From NCBI GenBank assembly GCA_038087875.1, contig JAXLNO010000352.1:1-64000 (forward strand): 64,000 bases of DNA, in the 5' to 3' direction. Of this stretch, positions 60,701 through 64,000 are shown one piece after another. The stretch is from Malacoraja senta (Eukaryota). The notes under the pieces are model-generated. The model was not told the origin of the DNA, ran no database searches, and saw only the letters and a list, made by a program, of their open reading frames with translations. The stretch's first letter is position 1. Each line of letters opens with the position of its first letter. The position numbers and the translations under genes are program-made.

Positions 60701-63700
60701 CATCACTTTTCGCATCCTGAAGGTTCATCACTTTTGTTGTGTTGAATTTTCATCGCTTTTTGCAGGCTGAATTTTTGTTGCTTTTCATGTGCTGAAATTT
60801 TGTCGCTTTTCACGTGCTGAAATGTTCGTTGCTTTATGTCCTGATGTTTTGTTGCTTTTCGCGTCCTGAATTTACATCGCTTTTTGTGTGCTGAATTTTC
60901 ATCGCTTTTTGCGTGCTGTATTTTTGTAGGTTTTCGCAGGCTGAATTTTCGTTGAATTTCGCATGCTGAATTTTCGTCGCTTTTCGCGTGCTGAATTTTC
61001 GTCGCTGGCTGAATTTTCCTCGCTTTTCATGTGATGAAATTTTGTCGCTTTGCATGTGCTGACATTTGCGCAGGCTGATTTTTCGTAGATTTTCGTGTGC
61101 TGAAGTTTCGTCGCTTTTCACATCATGAATTTACTTCGCTTTTCATGTGCTGAATTATCGTTGCATTTCGCGTGTTTCATTTTCATCACTTTTCGCATAC
61201 TGAAGGTTCATCGCTTTTCGCATGCTGAATTTTCGTCGCTTTTCCAGTGCTTCATTTTCATCGCTTTTCGCGTCCTGAAAGTTTGTCGCTTTTCGCATGC
61301 TGAATTTTCGTCGATTTTCGCATGCTGAATTTTCATCACTTTTCGCGTACTGAATTTTCATCGCTTTTCACGTTCTGAAATTTCGTCACTTTTCTTGTGC
61401 TGAATTTTCATCGCTTTTCGCGTCCTGAAGGTTCATCACTTTTGTCGTGCTGAATTTTGATCACTTTCGCAGGCTGAGTTTTCGTCGCTTTTCATGTGCT
61501 ATGATTTTGTCACTTTTCACGCTGAATTTTCGTTGCTTTTCAGGTGCTGAAGTTTCGTCGATTTTCACATGCTGAAGTTTCGTCGCTTTTCGCGACCTGA
61601 ATTTACGTCGCTTTTCGTGTGCTGAATTTTTGTCACTTTTCGCGTGCTTCATTTTCATCACTTTTCGCATACTGGGTTCGTTGCTTTTAGCATGGTAAAT
61701 TTACGTCGATTTTCCTGTACTTCATTTTCGCGTACTTCATTATATGTCCCGACGTTTTGTTGCTTTTCACGTCCTGAATTTACGTTGATTTATGTGTGCT
61801 GAATTTTCATCGCTTTTTGCATTCAGTATTTTTGTAGATTTTCGCAAGCTAAATTTTCGTCACTTTTTGCGTGCTGAATTTTCGTCGCTTTTCACGTTCT
61901 GAAATGTCATCAATTTTTGTATGCTGAATTTTCGTCGTTTTTTGCGTGCTGAATTTTTGTCGCTTTTCGCATGTTGAATTTTCGTCGCTTTTCGCATCCT
62001 GAAGATTCGTTGCATTTCGCCTGCTGAATTTTGCTCACTTTTCGCGTGCTGAATTTTCGTCGATTTTCGTGTCCTGAAAGCTCTTCACTTTTCATATGCT
62101 GAATTTTTTATCACTTTGCGCAGGCTAATATTTCATCGAATTTCCCGTGCTTCAATTTCATCGCTTTTCGCATCCTGAAGGTTCGTCACTTTTCACGTGC
62201 TGTATTTTCGTCACTTTTCGCATGCTGAATATTCGTCGCTTTACGCGTGATGAATTTTTGTAGCTATTCGCAAGCTGAATTTTCATCGCTTTTCCTGTGC
62301 TTCATTTTCATCGCTTTTCGTGTACTGAAGTTTCTTCACTCTTCGCGTGCTGAAGTTTCGTCGCTTTTCGAATGCTGAATTTTCGTCGCCTTTCGCGTGT
62401 TTCATTTTCATCGCCTTTCGCGTGCTTTATTTTCATCACTTTTCGCGTCCTGAAGTTTCGTCGCTTTTCACATGCTGAAGATTCGTCGCTTTTCACGTCC
62501 TGAATTTTTGTCACTTTTCACGTGCTGATATTTTCGTCGCTTTATGCCCCTGAATTTACGTTGCTTTTTGTGTGTGAATTTTTATCGCTTTTTGCGTGCT
62601 GAATTTTCGTTGCCTTTCGCGTGCTTCATTTTCATCACCTTTCACTTGCTTCATTTTCATCGCCTTTTGCGTACTTCATTTTCATCACTTTTCGCGTCCT
62701 GAAGGTTTGTCGCTTTTCGCGTCCTGAATTTACGTCGCTTTTTATGTGTTGAATTATCGTCGCTTTTCGCGTGTTTCATTTTCATCACTTTTCGCATACC
62801 AGAAGGTTCGTCGCTTTTCGCATACTGAATTTTCGTCGCTTTTCCAGTGCTTCACTTTCATCGCTTTTCGCATCATGATGGTTCATCGCTTTTCGAATAC
62901 TGAATTTTCGTCGAGTTTCACATGCTGAATTTTCATCACTTTTCGCGTGCTGAATTTTCGTCGCTTTTCACGTTCTGAAATTTCTTCACTTTTCGCGTGC
63001 TTAATTTTCGTCGCTTTCCGCATGCTGAATTTTCGTCGCTTTTCCCGTGCTTCATTTTCATCGCTTTTTCCGTCCTGAAGGTTCGTCACTTCATGCCCCT
63101 GAATTTACGTTGCTTTTTGTGTGTGAATTTTTATCGCTTTTTGCGTGCTGAATTTTCATCACTTTTCGCATCCTGAAGATTCGTCGCATTTCGCCTGCTA
63201 AATTTTCTTCACTTTTTGCATGCTGCATTTTCGTCAATTTTCGTGTCCTGAGAGCTCGTCACTTTTCATGTGCTGAATTTTTATCGCTTTGTGCAGGCTG
63301 ATTTTTCGTTGATTTTCGTGTGCTGAAATTTTGTCGCTTTTCACATCCTGAAATATCGTCGCTTTATGCATGCTGAATTTTCGTCGCCTTTCGTGTGCTT
63401 TATTTTCATCACCTTTCACGTGCTTCATTTTCATCGCCTTTCGCGTTCTTCATTTACATCACTTTTCGCGTCCTGAAGGTTCGTCGCTTTTCGCATGCTG
63501 AAGTTTCGTCGCTTTTCGCATCATGAATTTACTTCGCTTTTCATGTGCTGAATTATTGTCGCTTTTCGCGTGTTTCATTTTCATCACTTTTCGCATACTG
63601 AAGGTTCGTTGTTTTTCGCATGCTGAATTTATGTCGCTTTTCCAGTGCTTCATTTTCATCGCTTTTCGCGTCCTGAAGGTTCGGCGCTTTTCGCATGATG

Positions 63701-64000
63701 AATTTTCGTCGATTTTCGCATGCTGAATTTTCGTCACTTTCCGCGTGCTGAATTTTCGTCGCTTTTCACGTTCTGAAATTTCTTCACTTTTCGCATGCTT
63801 AATTTTCGTCGCTTTTCTCGTGCTGAATTTTCGTCGTGTTTCCCATGCTGAATTTTCATCTGTTTTCTCTTTCTGAAACTTCGTTACTTTTCGCGTGCTA
63901 AATTTACATCACTTTTCGCATCCTGAAGGTTCATCACTTTTGTTGTGTTGAATTTTCATCGCTTTTTGCAGGCTGAATTTTTGTTGCTTTTCATGTGTTG
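57734..64000 (+). repeat. 3206-bp near-perfect higher-order duplication within the satellite
   Basis: Sequence at 57734 recurs at 60940; ORF-track translations recur at a constant +3206 offset (57919/61125, 60317/63523). Confidence 0.95.

Larger units (their letters stand above)
36290..64000 (+). repeat. CpG-rich 25-bp satellite, consensus GCTGAATTTTCGTCGCTTTTCGCGT
   Basis: Hundreds of tandem diverged 25-mers with recurring variant monomers (cctgaaggttcg, gcttcattttca); interrupted at 44.6-49.7 kb and 55.2 kb; continues past the window end. Confidence 0.98.

Noticed and set aside
36491..63737. Many short K/R- or F-rich ORFs in the satellite
   Set aside because: Translations of the 25-bp repeat.

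Overview
Eukaryotic, repeat-dominated DNA. The repeat families look like those of a cartilaginous fish such as a skate or ray (my inference from recalled repeats, not a database search). The window has no intact host gene. Between retroelements in 1-18 kb are the exons of a minus-strand PRDM9 pseudogene of the full-architecture type: KRAB, SSXRD, zinc knuckle and the first two PR/SET exons, with splice sites and intron phases largely preserved and disabled by stops and frameshifts. It sits head-to-head with a truncated inverted paralog (exon 1, intron 1, start of the KRAB exon) across a CpG-rich region carrying two divergent TATAAATAGCG boxes. Other elements: a full-length L1 with both ORFs open (18.7-25.3 kb, 15-bp TSD), three more L1 copies, CR1, Rex1/Babar, Penelope, RTE and L2 fragments, GC-rich SINE-like elements, and a complete but frameshifted DIRS1-type retrotransposon (31.2-36.3 kb). 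The DIRS is inserted at the edge of a CpG-rich 25-bp satellite that runs from 36.3 kb to the window end and shows higher-order duplications. The L1 inter-ORF spacers carry conserved hairpins with apparent compensatory changes. All identifications were made by eye from recalled sequences; no searches were run.
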